From: Octopus bimaculoides | Taxonomy: Eukaryota | Length of the DNA stretch: 53,881 nucleotides | Assembly (NCBI RefSeq): GCF_001194135.2 | Contig: NC_068991.1 | Span: 78,721,726 to 78,775,606 of the forward strand | Reading direction: 5' to 3' | In this document: positions 1-12,499 of the stretch, piece after piece | Layout of the letters: each line of letters begins with the position of its first letter | How positions within the stretch are numbered: the first letter of the stretch is position 1 | Notes under the pieces: model-generated | The model's database searches: none | The model's input: the letters and a program-made list of their open reading frames with translations, nothing else | What the model was told of the DNA's origin: nothing | Position numbers and translations under genes: made by a program

Positions 1-149
1 CTGTGTGTGTGTGTGTGTGTGTGCGAGTGTGAAGTCATGTAGTCAAACAGTTAAGGCATTGCACTCGATGTCGCCAGATCATGAGTTCGACCTACGGTAT
101 CATGTATTTATTTAAAGTATTGAAGATAAAATCAAGTACTTTTATAAAG

Positions 150-1424
150 CAGGGCATTCGGGCTAAATTTGAGGATTTGCGTATGTCTCTTTTTCTCAAG
201 AACAGCTTGATGTATTGGTGAACAGTCAACGGCGTTGGAGAGCATGATAATTAAAGTTGTATTTGAGTACAAGTTAAATGACACGAAGCACTGGAAACCA
301 TCCGAATATTGGAAAGGCATTACTTCTATGATGATGATGATTCGTGCCAATGTTATGACTGCTGTTCAATGCTCTGCGAAGACTGAAAAGGCTGTGAGAC
401 GTGACATGACAGCTGCAAACGAAGGATCTGGAGCCGTGGCCAGAGGGAAGGGACACAGTAGGTATTCTGATCGCGGCCGTACACTGGAATTCATCCAACA
501 ACTTCAGGACAAGTTGACGAAAGATCCGAGTAATGAAATCCGGGCTTTGGTGAGAGGGATCGTCACCAGAAAGCTGGCCCTGATTGTGGGCCTTCGCTAC
601 CACACGTACAAGAAGTGCAATGGACAAACTCTGACAGCCAAGGCCAAGGAGAACCGTTTAACGAAGGCAAAGAAGCTCCTAAACAAGCTAAGTTGTCTTG
701 TTGAGCCAAGGATGATCTGGTTCTTCTCAGATGAAAATAATTTTGCCAGAACCAGTAACACAACTCCCAGAACAACAGGTAATTTGCCTAAAATCCATGT
801 GATGTTTCATATATAAAACTCTGATGGCTTTTGGGTGTGTTTCTGATGATGGTGGTGTCATGCCATCCCACGTCTCTGAACAGGGCCTTTGGCTCAATTC
901 AGATGACTATCTAAAGCTGCTTAAAACTGTGGTCAAACTCTGGCTGGAGAAGGTTGCTGCTGGATGGCCATATGTGTGGCAGCAGGATTCAACTCCTTGC
1001 CATGCCTCAGGAAAGAGACAAAAATGGTTGCCAGAGAATTTCTGCGACTTCACCAGTTCCAATTTCTGGCCACCTAATCGCCCCAACTGTAATCCCATGG
1101 ATTATTGTGTAGGGTACAGTTGAGAATGACACGAACTGCTCTGCCTGCAACACCAGCGGCAAGTCGGTGGTGAAAGTCAAGGACGTATTCAAAGATCTTT
1201 CCAGAGATATGGTAAGGAACGCATGCACTAGGTTCCAGCGTCGTTCTGAGACCATGGTGGAAGCTGGGGAGGTGGGAGGTCGGTTACTTTGGCGGTTATC
1301 TGTTATCTCCCAGCAATAATCGAGTTGATATTTCTCGACTTTTTAAAATGTATTTTATTTTGAGATGAAATATTGTCTTTTGTTGTTTCATTTTATGGAA
1401 ACTGGCAAATTTAGCCCAAATACC

Positions 1425-1428
<4 letters not shown>
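150..1428 (+). mobile_element. Tc1/mariner superfamily, DD37D (maT/mori-type) transposon, degenerate
   Basis: Broken transposase (ORFs 235-816 and 824-1123) with FFSDENNF, QQDSTPCH and WPPNRPNCNPMDY; 37 residues lie between D2 and D3. TIRs ggcattcgggctaaatttg (153-171) and caaatttagcccaaatacc (1406-1424) match 17/19. Confidence 0.85.
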
Positions 1429-1479
<51 letters not shown>

Positions 1480-2840
1480 NNNNNNNNNNNNNNNNNNNNN
1501 NNNNNNNNNNNNNNNNNNNNNNNNNNNNNNNNNNNNNNNNNNNNNNNNNNNNNNNNNNNNNNNNNNNNNNNNNNNNNNNNNNNNNNNNNNNNNNNNNNNN
1601 NNNNNNNNNNNNNNNNNNNNNNNNNNNNNNNNNNNNNNNNNNNNNNNNNNNNNNNNNNNNNNNNNNNNNNNNNNNNNNNNNNNNNNNNNNNNNNNNNNNN
1701 NNNNNNNNNNNNNNNNNNNNNNNNNNNNNNNNNNNNNNNNNNNNNNNNNNNNNNNNNNNNNNNNNNNNNNNNNNNNNNNNNNNNNNNNNNNNNNNNNNNN
1801 NNNNNNNNNNNNNNNNNNNNNNNNNNNNNNNNNNNNNNNNNNNNNNNNNNNNNNNNNNNNNNNNNNNNNNNNNNNNNNNNNNNNNNNNNNNNNNNNNNNN
1901 NNNNNNNNNNNNNNNNNNNNNNNNNNNNNNNNNNNNNNNNNNNNNNNNNNNNNNNNNNNNNNNNNNNNNNNNNNNNNNNNNNNNNNNNNNNNNNNNNNNN
2001 NNNNNNNNNNNNNNNNNNNNNNNNNNNNNNNNNNNNNNNNNNNNNNNNNNNNNNNNNNNNNNNNNNNNNNNNNNNNNNNNNNNNNNNNNNNNNNNNNNNN
2101 NNNNNNNNNNNNNNNNNNNNNNNNNNNNNNNNNNNNNNNNNNNNNNNNNNNNNNNNNNNNNATAGATAAAGAAATATAGAGAAATGCTTGTAAAATTCTC
2201 AATTAGTTGTAAAGAAACGCTTTGAAAAGAAATAAATCAAACAATGCCTATTTCTATAAATTGAGTTTCCTTCAAATTTTCAACTGCACTCAGACAACGG
2301 TACTTAACTTTCCGGAAGACCCTCGGGATTCTCCACCTCTTGTTAAAATAATTAATTAAAATTAATGAACTATCGGTCTCTGCTCACGATAGAATTTCTG
2401 AATTCACTGACTGAAAAACAGATTCGTTTTTAATTGGAGAAAAAAAACAAAAAAAAAAACAAAAAAAAAAACGAAGAAAACCTGATCGGTGTATTATGAA
2501 ATTTAATACAGTGGTAGGTGTATCACGTGACTTTTATTAATGTTAAAATTTGCATTTCCAATAATTAGTCTTTACACACACATGTATGTGTGCGTGTGTG
2601 TATATATGTATGAATGTATGTACGTATGTATGTATTTATGTGTGTGTGTGTGGCTGGTGGAATTTCCAGTCGAAGACGCAGTGTGAGTGTTCAGTTTCGC
2701 TGAACGACCTACACAAATGATCTATTTATACTAACGTACAAGCTCATACGTTTGATCACTATACACTTTATAGTGATCAGAAATATGTGCTGTACATTAG
2801 CTCGCTTCTTCCACCAAATCGATATCTGAACAGGTGCACT

Positions 2841-3128
2841 CTTTTTACCTTGCATGCTTTACGAACTGTGTTATACTATTACACTAACCTACCCGTCGTG
2901 GTGTGGTATATGTAACGGTTGAGGTTTTTGTGTTGTGTAGTCGATGTGTCACCCATTGTAACGATAAGGTATTATTTACCAATTGTACTGGTTATAAGAT
3001 GAACGATGAAGATGATCAACATTTTTATAGAAATATTTATTTACCGTTACTTTATATGTTGCCATACCACGACGGGTAGGCCAGTGCAGTAGTATAACAG
3101 TTTGTATGTAAAGCATACAAGGTAAAGA
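2841..3128. mobile_element. MITE/foldback-like element with ~67-bp inverted arms
   Basis: Arms 2841-2907 and 3061-3128 are reverse complements with a perfect 15-bp core cctacccgtcgtggt; ~150-bp spacer. Confidence 0.65.
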
Positions 3129-3845
3129 ATTTCGGCCTGTATCTGTATGTACACTTTCTCATAGTAGTATATATATAGAGAGAGAGATGGTAGTGTTATA
3201 GAGAAAAGGAAATGCNNNNNNNNNNNNNNNNNNNNNNNNNNNNNNNNNNNNNNNNNNNNNNNNNNNNNNNNNNNNNNNNNNNNNNNNNNNNNNNNNNNNN
3301 NNNNNNNNNNNNNNNNNNNNNNNNNNNNNNNNNNNNNNNNNNNNNNNNNNNNNNNNNNNNNNNNNNNNNNNNNNNNNNNNNNNNNNNNNNNNNNNNNNNN
3401 NNNNNNNNNNNNNNNNNNNNNNNNNNNNNNNNNNNNNNNNNNNNNNNNNNNNNNNNNNNNNNNNNNNNNNNNNNNNNNNNNNNNNNNNNNNNNNNNNNNN
3501 NNNNNNNNNNNNNNNNNNNNNNNNNNNNNNNNNNNNNNNNNNNNNNNNNNNNNNNNNNNNNNNNNNNNNNNNNNNNNNNNNNNNNNNNNNNNNNNNNNNN
3601 NNNNNNNNNNNNNNNNNNNNNNNNNNNNNNNNNNNNNNNNNNNNNNNNNNNNNNNNNNNNNNNNNNNNNNNNNNNNNNNNNNNNNNNNNNNNNNNNNNNN
3701 NNNNNNNNNNNNNNNNNNNNNNNNNNNNNNNNNNNNNNNNNNNNNNNNNNNNNNNNNNNNNNNNNNNNNNNNNNNNNNNNNNNNNNNNNNNNNNNNNNNN
3801 NNNNNNNNNNNNNNNNNNNNNNNNNNNNNNNNNNNNNNNNNNNNN

Positions 3846-3899
<54 letters not shown>

Positions 3900-3900
<1 letters not shown>

Positions 3901-4120
3901 GTATATGTTAGTGTGTCTGTGTTTGCCCCCACCACCGTCTCTTGACAACCGATGCTGGTGTGTTTACGTCCCCGTAACTTAGCAGTTCGGCAAAAGAGAC
4001 CGATAGAATAAGTACTAGGCTTACATAGAATAAATCCTAGGGTCGAATTGTTCGACTAAAGGCGTTGCTCCAGCATGACCGCAGTCAAATGAAAATGACT
4101 GAAACAAGTAAAAGAATATA
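3900..4120 (+). mobile_element. SINE family B, 3' half
   Basis: gtttgccccc..ttgacaaccgatgctggtg...gactgaaacaagtaaaagaata; reverse complement of part of the 26790-27184 copy. Confidence 0.8.
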
Positions 4121-5170
4121 TATATTCTGCACTTGTTCCAGTCGACGGCGGTGCTATTGAGCTGACCCATAGTTTTGCAGATCTCAATTCTGTGTTTATG
4201 TTCTATGAATGAAGCTACGTTTGATATGCTAGTTCGGTTCTAAAGGAATATCATTCACTTCTCATTCAGTTTGAAGCTACAGAAAGCAGGCGTTAAGCGC
4301 CAAACCAAATGGATTACAGAGAGATTCTTTGCAATCAAACATAATATTAAGCAAACTATACGGAACCAGGCGTCCGACTTTTCACTACTTGAAGTATTAG
4401 AAATATTGGGCGACGCTGAACATGGTTGATGATAGTGTAGTGTGTAAAAACAAAAATGTTTTGAATCGTCTTTTTTATTTGTCAGAAAATGGAACAAAAT
4501 AAAATATAAAATATATTTAAAAATCAATATTATTCAACGTCTTACATTGTTTGCTTGTTTGTCTGTTTTTTCTTTCTTGTCGCCACATATTTTATCCCAT
4601 TTCAGCCTTTTAATGCTCCAAGCATTAAATATGCTGACATTAACTTATTTACTGTTTATTATGCAAATGGATTTTATTTTAATATATAAAAAAAAAAACA
4701 CCCAGACTTTTCTCTGTTAACTTCATCACTTTAAAGATTACTAGATTTTATTGCCGAAAGCTTTTCTGTCTCTCTTTTTTATTCCCCGTACTTTTCATAT
4801 TGAAAATAATATATATAATAGCTATATTAACCAGACAATTTATTTTAGAATACTAACAACTCGACGTTAAATTAGTTACCAGACAAATCATTTTGTCGTT
4901 TGTAACTAGAATTACGAAAAAAGTCTAACTATGGTAACTCGGAATTGATAGTTAATAATCAAATTGAGACAGAGTGATGGACTTTTTTTGTACCCGAACG
5001 TTAATTAAACGATGTGAGCTTGAGATAGACACTCTGCTCTGACTAAATTTTCTTTGCTTTTCTGTTTTCATTTTTATAATGAACTATCTATATGTGTGTG
5101 TATACATGCGTGTGCGTTTTATATAAACACACTCACATATGTACAAACATACACACATAAATTACATTAA

Positions 5171-5401
5171 GGCGGTGAGCTGGCAGAAACGTTAGCACGC
5201 CGGGCGAAATGCTTAGCGGTATTTCGTCTGCCGCTACGTTCTGAGTTCAAATTCCGCCGAGGTCGACTTTGCCTTTCATCCTTTCGGGGTCGATTAAATA
5301 AGTACCAGTTACGCACTGGGGTCGATATAATCGACTTAATCCGTTTGTCTGTCCTTGTTTGTCCCCTCTGTGTGTAGCCCCTTGTGGGTAGTAAAGAAAT
5401 A
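5171..5401 (+). mobile_element. tRNA-head SINE family A, near full length
   Basis: ggcggtgagctggcagaa (A-box-like), gagttcaaattcc (B-box); many relatives in the window. Confidence 0.85.
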
Positions 5402-5554
5402 ACACATAAATTACATAAATACAACCACATATGAAAGTGATAAGAGCAAATATTTTGCAGATATAACAAGAATATTTCTTCGGACAAAGATCTAGAAAGA
5501 AAGAACTCAATGAAATAGAAATTATTTATATTTGAGAGCTAAAATATTCAATTC

Positions 5555-5748
5555 TTTCTACAATAGGCACAAGACCTGAAATTTTGGGGTAAAGGGGCAA
5601 GTCGATTACATCGATCCCAGTTCTCAACTCCGAAAAAGATGAAAGGCAAAGTCGACGTCGGCCGAATTTGAACTCAGAACGTCGCGGCAGACGAAATACC
5701 ACGAAGCGTTTTGCCCGGCGTGCTAACGTTCCTGCCAGCTCACCACCT
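5555..5748 (-). mobile_element. SINE family A, inverted relative to the 5171 copy
   Basis: Reverse complement aligns to 5171-5295 at high identity by eye. Confidence 0.85.
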
Positions 5749-6515
5749 CCTTTAAAATATGTAATGATAGATTAAATGGGATGATATTCCGAAGCAGATC
5801 AGGTAGTACACACTGAACTACAACATACATATTACCTACATAATTTCCCTGGACATGGATATATTTTTACTAGCGGAAATGTGTATCAAATATGCACGAA
5901 CACACATCTCGCCTTCATCAGCAGGTGACATAGCGAGTTGCTGAAGAGCGGTACTGGCTGCTTTACAAACGTACGTTAACACAACTCTTAAAACTTCCGA
6001 TTTCAACTGATCGAGGCAAATGTTGATAATTCTACTTCCACATTTCCATCTGAAGAGGAAACCATGTCCAAAGGAAAAACATAGAATAAAGAAGATAAAT
6101 TTTTTGGGTGTACGCAACAGAATTTATTTCTACGTCACGCCCTGATAAAGCTACATATCTATCTATCCATATGTGTGTAATCATATATACTTATGTGTGT
6201 GTGTGTGTGTGTATTCTAGCGTTTCTCACTCTCATCCAGCGATGTACAGATGTCTTTTTATGGTGACCTCACTCGTCATTCCATCTACTAAAAGTCACCT
6301 GGCGATGGAAGAATAATGACATGTGCAGACCTAATCAGTTGGAAGCACGCAGTAAGTCACAACTTTCGACTGTCACCTGTGCTTCAAATCATGCAGATGT
6401 TCAGCAAAACTGAATAGTCAATTCAGAGGTCAAGGATGGAAAGTCAGTAATGCCATTGACAACGACAAAGCGCAAGGATTTGGCAATCACCCGCGATAAT
6501 GAAGCAGTCACCATT

Positions 6516-6548
<33 letters not shown>

Positions 6549-6736
6549 NNNNNNNNNNNNNNNNNNNNNNNNNNNNNNNNNNNNNNNNNNNNNNNNNNNN
6601 NNNNNNNNNNNNNNNNNNNNNNNNNNNNNNNNNNNNNNNNNNNNNNNNNNNNNNNNNNNNNNNNNNNNNNNNNNNNNNNTATATATATATAAACACACAC
6701 AGATATAGATAAATAGACAGATGGATAGATACATAA

Positions 6737-6777
<41 letters not shown>

Positions 6778-7094
6778 AGGAATGATTTTTATAAAGTAAA
6801 TAAAGTGAGCGTCATTGACAACTCTAGTTTCAAGGCTGGAGAAAGCGAGTTAATTTTGGATTAATCCGATTGCATTAATCAGAAGCTGTAATTGCTGGCT
6901 TCAGATTTCTCAGTGAAGTATATGGCGGACAGAAATCAAATGTTATACTGTATTGATTCAACCACTTAACACGTTGTTCTTTCTGAATTCGATTAGGTGC
7001 CAGGGTAACATAGTTTTGTTAAAACTTGGATAAACCAAGAATGCAAAGAAATGCAACGCAAGACAAGACGATGATTCAAATCTTGAGAGTTAAG

Positions 7095-7136
<42 letters not shown>

Positions 7137-7479
7137 CACACACACACACACGCTCACTCTCTCTCTCCCTATATATATATATGTGTGTGTACGTGCGTGC
7201 GTGTGTATGTATGTATAAAAGAAAATGAGATGACATACGAGTAAGCAATTATCTTATAGACTTCATTGGCTTACAGTAGTTTCTGCTATGAGATGCAGTC
7301 GACTCATAACTGAAAGCCTGAATAACACTTTATAGCTTCGTCAGAACCTCGAACACACACACACACACACATGTATACATACATATATATATATACGCAC
7401 CCCCCACGTTTTCCCCAGAAGTGATTATTTCCAGGGTTTCTTCTACCGATGCATTAAATGTTTAAAAAATTCCATCCTT

Positions 7480-7570
7480 TTCTCTTGGACTTTCCTCTGT
7501 CTCCTGTTTCTGAAGAAGAGCTTTGCTCGAAACATAAAACACCCTTTTGTTTCCTTCCCTGAGCGTCTTA
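7480..7570 (+). ncRNA. Hammerhead-ribozyme-like core, probably a Penelope-like element relic
   Basis: CTGAAGA-A-GAGC-TTT-GCTC-GAAA-C (7510-7533) and a downstream GTC (7565-7567); stem I not evident. Confidence 0.35.
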
Positions 7571-8445
7571 TTAATACTTTGCATGTACCACGTCCTCACA
7601 TTGTTTTTTTTTCTTGTCTTTTTTCTCCATCTTTTTTTAAATTTACTATATATGTATGTATGTATATATGTATGTATGTATGTATGTATGCAAGCAAATG
7701 TTTATAGGTATTATAAGAAGTTAGTAACGTCGAATAAATTTGGGAAATTTCTTTTTACAGTGGAACGCGAAGTAGATAAAGCTATGTATAATCGCCTGCA
7801 GGATATCGGGTTCAAACTACCTTACGTGAAAGAAGTGGAGGAGCAACTTTTGAGCTTTTTCCCAAGGTGATTTGTTTAGCACAATATTCTACACGTTAAT
7901 ATTCGTACAAAACATCGTGTGTGTGTGTTAAAGTGCAACAAAATATTTGACAAGAAATGGTGATAATAATTAAAAGTCCTTAGAGATGCATAGTATTGAC
8001 TTCTAAATCCTGTACGAATTTACTTGACCATCATTGCATAATCAGTTCGTAAGAACGTCTTTTGTTCTCAAAATACTGTCAGTTTTTTATATACTCAAAC
8101 TGACCCTCGAAAGCACGTTATATCTTATTTTGATGAATAATTTTTGATACACCTACAGCGACTGGTGTAAGAACAGCGAGTTTTTTCTGAACGCCTAAAT
8201 ATCACATATTATCACACTTAACATGCAACATTTCAACTTGGTCATTGATTCTTGTTCTACAAGAGTTTTACAACGATCTTTTTACTGTTGCGATATCTTC
8301 CGTTATATCTGGAGCTGAAGAATATTAGAAGACATCGTGTTACCATTTCATGTTAAAACTGGAAGTGGTGAGCTGGCAGAATCGAGGGAGTGTCAGAGTA
8401 ATATATGTATATATGCATGTATGAATGCACACACACACACACACG

Positions 8446-8481
<36 letters not shown>

Positions 8482-8671
8482 TACACACGCACACATATAT
8501 ATATATACATGTATGCATGTCATTATTCGGTTATTTCAAGATTTCTTGCCAATAGTGAAAGAACCAGTTTCTAACCTAGATCCAAGGCTCCTTCATTGAA
8601 ATTTCAACTTCAACAAGGTATTTTTGTTCGTATGTACGCATGTATGTATGTATGTATGTATGTATGCGTTA

Positions 8672-8708
<37 letters not shown>

Positions 8709-8834
8709 TTAAAGAGTGAGAAAGTGTACGCGACCGTGTCATTTAGATGTGCAAATCACATCTAAAGAGAAAATATATGCCAGATAACTAATAGTAGTAT
8801 ATTTGCTGTGTTTAGTTTATGGTATTATTACTTT

Positions 8835-8990
8835 CTGAGTTCAAATCCCGCTGAGGTCAACTTTAACCTTCATCCTTTCGGGACCGATAAAATAAGGTAT
8901 CGATCGAGCACTGGGGTTGATAAAATCGGCAAGTCTCCTCCTACAAAATATCAGGCTTGTACCTATAGTAGAAAGGATTGTTATTATTAT
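8835..8990 (+). mobile_element. SINE family A, 5'-truncated
   Basis: ttctgagttcaaatcccgctgaggtcaacttt..catcctttcggg. Confidence 0.7.
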
Positions 8991-9202
8991 TTTGAACTCA
9001 GATTTTGTCGGAACTCTTGGAGGGAAAAACAGCATTGTCTGCATGACGGTGTCACTTGTTTCCAACCATCGTATGATACCAGGACAAGGGCACACACAAA
9101 CACACACACACACACACATGCATATAAAAGCCAGTCTATATACTGATAAACAGGCTTCTTTCAGTTTCAGATTGCCTACCGCCTACGGTACCAGGCAATC
9201 TG

Positions 9203-9658
9203 TTCTTTTCAGTTATCTAATACTTCCCTGATTATTCAGGCCGTGCCCAGGAGGCGAACCTTGTGTAACGGTTCTACTGAGCATTCTATTCCGATTTCCT
9301 TTACATTTCTCTCGGTACCTTCTGAGGCTGTCTGCAAGGATCCAACAATAATCGACATTGTCTTTACCTTCTTCCTTTTCCAAAGACGGGTTATTTCGTA
9401 CTTAAGAGGACTGTATATATCTATTTTTTCGGCTTCGTTCTTGACTATTCGTGGATGCAACATCAACTAATATAGCAGATGCGGTACACCTCGTCCACCA
9501 ACAATAGGTTCGGTTTATTATGCTCTGCCGCCTAATCTGTTTGAATTGGAAAATCTCAGACGATTTTGCAGATCTGTGACTCCACCACTCTCTGCAGTTT
9601 GTCTTGCTTCTCTCTAGACCCCACTTTTTGCACAGTTTCCAATATAACACTCTCTAAC
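9203..9658 (-). mobile_element. R4/Dong-like RLE LINE 3' fragment
   Basis: Frameshifted YWKLCKKWGLERSK...EAEKIDIYSPLKYEITRLWK...LLGTA; homologous to the 32.2-33.6 kb and 45.5-46.1 kb copies. Confidence 0.8.
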
Positions 9659-11395
9659 TGTTATACTTCTCTAGTTTACTTACAAAGAATAGAGTAACAA
9701 TTCAGATAGGTGTGTTGTCTGTGGTTCAATATACTTCACTCATTTACTCACAAAGACAAAAACACAGTGATACTCCAGATGGGTGTGAAGTCTGTTTATT
9801 CCAACTGTAAAACTCAAGACTGTAATAAATAACGCAAACCAAAAATCTAGATGCCTTGTGAACGTTCTCATAAGTTCCAGAACTTTGAATTCTATTGGCT
9901 AGCGATCGCCACAACACCTCACCACCGAAACTAATGCTACACTAGAAGAATCAACATCAAAGTCTCTTTCTAGGCTTGGATGTTCATTTGGATTGTCTAG
10001 AGTTGTCCGGTTCATACTCTGGTACAAGCGGCTTGGTAAGTCTCTGAATTTGTGGCACCTCTTCCAGGATTTCCATTGGAAGCTCGGAAATATTGTCAGT
10101 CTCATCGCCAGGTTCGCAGTCCTCTGCAGACGTAGTTGTTCCCAGTGTCGTCTCCATACTGGGCCAGGGGGAAAAACCTTGACGTTGAAACAGCGAGCAC
10201 CTACAGACTTCGTGACGACTGCTGCTACCCATCGGAGCTGCTTGTCACGGCAAAGTCCATAGTACAGTGCATATACAGGATCACCATTCTTGTACTGTTT
10301 GGTTACCTTGGTGAGACCTCCTGAATCTTGTCGTCTCCGCCTTTGATGACATCTTGGATTGCTTGCCCTGAGCTATGTGTACTGGAGAGGACAGCAGAGA
10401 GTCGGACCTCGTCCGAATCTGCCGGGACATCAAGAGTTCGCCTGGAGAGAGTCCACAGGATATTGGCGTTCTCCGGTACTACATTAAAAACTCCTGAAAA
10501 GAGCTTGTTTTGGGGGCAGAGAAGACTTTCTTAGCGCTTGCTTGAAATACTGCATCAGACGTTCTGCTGCTTCGTCAGTAGCTGGATGGTATGGTGCACC
10601 TGTCAGGTGTGAGATGCCACGTTCTTTGCACCAGCTCTGAAATTCTTCAGAAAGGAAAGTTGATGCAATGTCTGTGACCAGCGTGTGAGGATATCTGAGG
10701 TTAGCGAAGTCCTCTTCCAGCCAATCTAGAGTGGCTCTAGTGGATGAATACATGGATATCGTGAAAAAGTGTCTGTGATCACCATCCATTTTGTACGTAT
10801 GAAGTTGACGGCATGACCCATGTGTAAGCGGCTCCATGGGTGAACTGCAGGCTTGGATGACTGTTTTGATGTTTGCTACACGAGTCACATCGTTGACTAT
10901 CCATTTCAATAGCTGCATCAATACCAGGCCAGTAGACAGCGGATTTTGCTAATTGCTTCTTATGTTCCATGCCAAAATGTCCAATATGCAGTAGATCTAG
11001 GATATTGGACTGTAGGCTCTGTGGAATCATAGCTGTTGATCCTAGGATGAGGTACCTGTTGAAGATACTAAGTGAATCCAGTAACTTCTGGAACTTTTTG
11101 ACTTCATCATTGGTCTCAGTGTGCTTCGGTGGCCACCCTTCGCGGACATAGCGCATCACTGTAGTTATCACTGGATCTTTCCCAGATTCTTGACAGAGGA
11201 TGCTTCCGTCTAAAGACTAGGAACTCTAATGGTGCACACCATGTCCATATCTTCACCACTCTCCTCCTTGTCGAAATCGTTGTCATTTCTAAATGGTATG
11301 CGACTAAGAGCATCTCCATCGCCATGATCCACTGTTTTCTGGTACTCAATTATGTAGTGAAACTGGTCCAGCCACAAAACCCATTGAGCTAGTCA
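9659..11395 (-). mobile_element. Ty3/gypsy LTR retrotransposon 3' fragment (RNase H end, H2C2 zinc finger, integrase, 3' LTR)
   Basis: LHIGHFGMEHKKQLAKSAVYWPGID and HLTGAPYHPATDEAAERLMQYFKQAL integrase motifs. Candidate LTR 9916-9659 is TG...CA bounded, contains AATAAA and follows a purine-rich tract. Confidence 0.9.
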
Positions 11396-11439
11396 AATGA
11401 CAAACAAGTAAAAGAATAAAAGAATATATATGTGTGACA

Positions 11440-11680
11440 CCGCATGTCCTAGTGGTTAGGGTGCTGTATACTCACGATCATGGGTTCGTTTCCCAGATTG
11501 GGCGACACACTGTGTTCTTGAGCAAAACCCTTCATTTCACATTTCCCCATTCCCCCTTTTGATCAGGGGATGGGGAAATGTAGGTCTGCTCACCGACCCA
11601 GTGGGGTGGCATCAATCAAACACACATTGTGACCAGCAATGTGTAACATCATGTTATAGTCAGGTTGGTCACAAGATCTC
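11440..11680 (+). mobile_element. tRNA-head SINE family C, diverged
   Basis: ctagtggttagggtg...gggttcgtttccc...tgtgttcttgagcaa; similar to the 30403 copy. Confidence 0.65.
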
Positions 11681-12493
11681 CTTGGGCAAGTGTTCTACTA
11701 TAGCCCTGGGCACACCAAGACCTTGCAAGTAGATTTCATAAATGGAAACTGAAAGAAGTCCTTCGTTTATATATGTATATGCATGTGTATGTGTGTTGTT
11801 CTAGTCAATACTGACTATAAACAAAATGACAGTCTTGCTATCAACACAGGTTGATGTAGTAGGTTTGCAGTAAACAATGAAAGAATGTGCAGACTTGATG
11901 ACATGTCTGGACAAGTTGTGCAGTCTTTATGAAAAGAAACGCAAAGGCCTTATAATTATGATCAGGCTTTTTGTCGTTTGAAAGGGGAACGAATTTTTAC
12001 CTTAGAAACAAGCAAGAGTTAGCATAAGCAGGGGATTTGGCCATAGAAAATCTGCCTGACCCATGCCAGCATAGAAAAGTGGATGTTAAAACAATGATGA
12101 TAGTGATGACACACAAAACCAATAAACAGTGGATTACATTGATTTCAGTCCTTGGCTGGTGAAGTTTTTTAATCAACTCTGAAAGGATGAAAGTCAAAAT
12201 TGATTTCAGCTGCGTTTCAACTCACAGTGTAAAGGGATACAACAAAACACAGCCAAGCATTTTAATTGGTGCTCTACCAGTTCTGCCAACCCTCTACTAT
12301 TTTATTCAAAATTCTACTAATTCTGCAGCTCAACCATCATTGTCTTTGATGATCTACCAGTTCTATTAATATCCTGCAATTCTGTTTCACAGTCTTCCAA
12401 TTTTCCCAACACCCTACCGTTTTATTTAATTCACCATTCATTTCGCAAATCAATCAGTATTAAACAATGATCTTGGCTCATAATAATGATTTG

Positions 12494-12499
12494 TTTATT
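12494..12499 (-). terminator. Candidate CDC123 polyadenylation signal AATAAA
   Basis: First AATAAA on the minus strand, about 150 nt past the stop codon; further copies near 12420 and 12300. Confidence 0.5.
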
